Part shown: positions 61,287 to 64,000 of the stretch, piece by piece | How the letters are laid out: each line of letters begins with the position of its first letter | How positions within the stretch are numbered: the first letter of the stretch is position 1 | NCBI GenBank assembly: GCA_009103225.1 | Contig: RHPI01001428.1 | Coordinates: forward strand, 484,054-548,053 | Source: Chlorokybus atmophyticus | Taxonomy: Eukaryota > Plantae > Mesostigma and Chlorokybus algae | Length of the DNA: 64,000 nucleotides | Reading direction: 5' to 3' | The notes under the pieces: generated by a model | Databases searched by the model: none | Seen by the model: only the letters and a program-made list of their open reading frames with translations | Told to the model about the DNA's origin: nothing | Made by a program: the position numbers and the translations under genes

Positions 61287-64000
61287 CATATCAACCGCGA
61301 TCAACAAGTGTCACACAACGCATAACAACGGTGCATGAACGCCAACACACGCTGCACACACACTCAACAACGTGCCCAGGCCGGCACAAGCTATACCAGC
61401 AGTTAGACGTGTTAGCTTCGTGACTGGGAAGGTGGGGAACGATCGGCGATCCGAGGTAATCCCAATTTTCCATCGCCGCGTCCCTGCTCAGCCATTACGC
61501 GCCGACGATGTTCATCACCGTCGACTGGTTGTGTCGGCGTCGGCGTGGCCGCTCACCTGAGCCAACCATACTGAACGACGCTCAACGGTCAACTACATTG
61601 AAGTCAACTATACTATATATACTCAAGACAATTGGGCTGGCGTTATGTGACATTGATAGTGTGCTGTTCACACTTCCTATACTTTGCATGTTGGTATGGT
61701 GTAGCACACAATGATTGATAAGTGTGTCAATATCATTACAAAGTTTTAAATACTTGCACGGCATCACTCTCACATGCATATACATATACATTTATATGAA
61801 CAAAACTTGACAGTTGCAAGCACGCAGATATTTACAACTTCAAGTCACATAAATGGACAAAATGTATTGCAGTCTATACGTGTATGTGACATTGATAGTG
61901 TGCTTGTTTACGCTTCCTATACTTTGCATGTTGGTATAGTGTAGCACATAATGATTGATAAGTGTGTCAATATCATTATAAAGTTCTAAATACTTGCACG
62001 GCATCACTCTCACATGCATGTACATATACATTTATATGAACAAAACTTGACAGTTGCAAGCACGCAGATATTTACAACTTCAAGTCACATAAATGGAAGA
62101 AATGTATTGCAGTCTATACGTGTATAAACGAAGCTTAATCACTTCTACTAATACATTCAAGTCATTACATAGGATTGAAGGTCACTCACTCCGCGTGTCA
62201 ACTACTGCACGCACGTGCGTGTGTATGTACATGCACACATCCGTTGCACGTAGTTGTATTTGGGTAGGTATAGTTGTGTTATTGTAAGCGGCTGTAAGCT
62301 TTACACCCCAGCTAGATGAATTGTTCATACCTGTGTGTTCGTTATGCTTGTTGTGAGTGTTTCTTACCTACATTGTGCATGATCCTTTATGTATACTGAC
62401 GGGTTGTGCCGCACGCTTGAACGCACGCTTAGAGCGCACCCACACTGACACCATCACACACACATATAAGACAAAAACTAACACGCACATCAATGTGAGT
62501 GCTTCATGGTGTGAGTTGACTTGTTCCGCGTGTCACACTCTCGTGCATGCCGCAATCCTTGCATTCTATATATCACACATGCAGCACAAACACACGCACA
62601 CATGCACAAAACCCACCAAGTCAACATCCTTTACACAACCAGATCTAAGGGGCTGGCTAGGGAGACATGGTGGGTTTTGTGCATGTGTGCGTGTGTTTGT
62701 GCTGCATGTGTGATATATAGAATGCAAGGATTGCGGCATGCACGAGAGTGTGACACGCGGAACAAGTCAACTCACACCATGAAGCACTCACATTGATGTG
62801 CGTGTTAGTTTTTGTCTTATATGTGTGTGTGATGGTGTCAGTGTGGGTGCGCTCTAAGCGTGCGTTCAAGCGTGCGGCACAACCCGTCAGTATACATAAA
62901 GGATCATGCACAATGTAGGTAAGAAACACTCACAACAAGCATAACGAACACACAGGTATGAACAATTCATCTAGCTGGGGTGTAAAGCTTACAGCCGCTT
63001 ACAATAACACAACTATACCTACCCAAATACAACTACGTGCAACGGATGTGTGCATGTACATACACACGCACGTGCGTGCAGTAGTTGACACGCGGAGTGA
63101 GTGACCTTCAATCCTATGTAATGACTTGAATGTATTAGTAGAAGTGATTAAGCTTCGTTTATACACGTATAGACTGCAATACATTTCTTCCATTTATGTG
63201 ACTTGAAGTTGTAAATATCTGCGTGCTTGCAACTGTCAAGTTTTGTTCATATAAATGTATATGTACATGCATGTGAGAGTGATGCCGTGCAAGTATTTAG
63301 AACTTTATAATGATATTGACACACTTATCAATCATTATGTGCTACACTATACCAACATGCAAAGTATAGGAAGCGTAAACAAGCACACTATCAATGTCAC
63401 ATACACGTATAGACTGCAATACATTTTGTCCATTTATGTGACTTGAAGTTGTAAATATCTGTGTGCTTGCAACTGTCAAGTTTTGTTCATATAAATGTAT
63501 ATGTATATGCATGTGAGAGTGATGCCGTGCAAGTATTTAAAACTTTGTAATGATATTGACACACTTATCAATCATTGTGTGCTACACCATACCAACATGC
63601 AAAGTATAGGAAGTGTGAACAAGCACACTATCAATGTCACATAACGCCAGCCCAATTGTCTTGAATATATATAGTATAGTTGACTTCAATGTAGTTGACC
63701 GTTGAGCGTCGTTCAGTATGGTTGGCTCAGGTGAGCGGCCACGCCGACGCCGACACAACCAGTCGACGGTGATGAACATCGTCGGCGCGTAATGGCTGAG
63801 CAGGGACGCGGCGATGGAAAATTGGGATTACCTCGGATCGCCGATCGTTCCCCACCTTCCCAGTCACGAAGCTAACACGTCTAACTGCTGGTATAGCTTG
63901 TGCCGGCCTGGGCACGTTGTTGAGTGTGTGTGCAGCGTGTGTTGGCGTTCATGCACCGTTGTTATGCGTTGTGTGACACTTGTTGATCGCGGTTGATATG
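61287..64000. repeat. Large fold-back inverted repeat: arms 61287-62618 and 62668-64000 (right arm reaches the window edge), 49-bp spacer
   Basis: The last 40 bp of the window are the reverse complement of 61287-61326. Mirrored ORFs appear in the ORF track (e.g. 61291- vs 63814+, 62093+ vs 62999-). Confidence 0.97.
61645..62124. repeat. Tandem dimer of a ~240-bp AT-rich unit (mirrored at ~63162-63642)
   Basis: ATGTGACATTGATAGTGTGC.. recurs at 61645 and 61884; AATGTATTGCAGTCTATACGTGTA at 61861 and 62101. Confidence 0.92.

Larger units (their letters stand above)
51497..61426 (+). mobile_element. Academ (AcademX-type) DNA transposon 2 (9.93 kb) with DNA methyltransferase cargo
   Basis: Perfect 15-bp TIR CAGTCACGAAGCTAA (51497-51511 and reverse complement 61412-61426), 4-bp TSD GGAA (51493-51496, 61427-61430), and a transposase homologous to element 1. 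Confidence 0.82.

Noticed and set aside
51497-61426. Endogenous giant virus or polinton-like virus (XPG nuclease + DNA methylase)
   Set aside because: No capsid, packaging ATPase, PolB or other viral core gene is recognisable. The genes have introns, and the TIR/TSD and motifs fit Academ.
61500-63800. Duplicated short ORFs (MYMYMHVRV.., MFLTYIVHD.., MEEMYCSL..)
   Set aside because: They are by-products of the tandem and inverted repeats and show no coding features.

Overview
This is intron-rich eukaryotic DNA in the standard genetic code. The plant-like ABCB and FGT1 proteins and an Osser-type copia suggest a green alga, possibly a streptophyte alga (inference). There are four host genes: an ABCB/MDR transporter (runs off the left edge), VPS51, an NCBP3-like gene and FORGETTER1/strawberry notch. 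Most of the rest is mobile DNA. At 4444-22025 a ~0.52-kb TRIM (79-bp LTRs, TSD AACAC) contains an Academ/AcademX-type DNA transposon (4762-21816; 23-bp TIR, 4-bp TSD; transposase + XPG/PIN nuclease + CXC). That transposon in turn holds a gag-less chromovirus and an intact, LTR-identical copia. A decaying full-length chromovirus follows at 22931-29958. The main discovery candidate is a second, divergent AcademX element (51497-61426; 15-bp TIR, TSD GGAA). Its cargo includes an intron-containing gene fusing a Cys/His-rich region and a Tudor domain to a compact bacterial/phage-type C5 DNA cytosine methyltransferase; this copy has one premature stop. Both Academ elements also carry a convergent second gene at their right end. 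The window ends in a near-perfect fold-back inversion with arms of at least 1.33 kb that duplicates the right TIR of the second element. All family assignments come from motif recognition by eye; no database searches were run.
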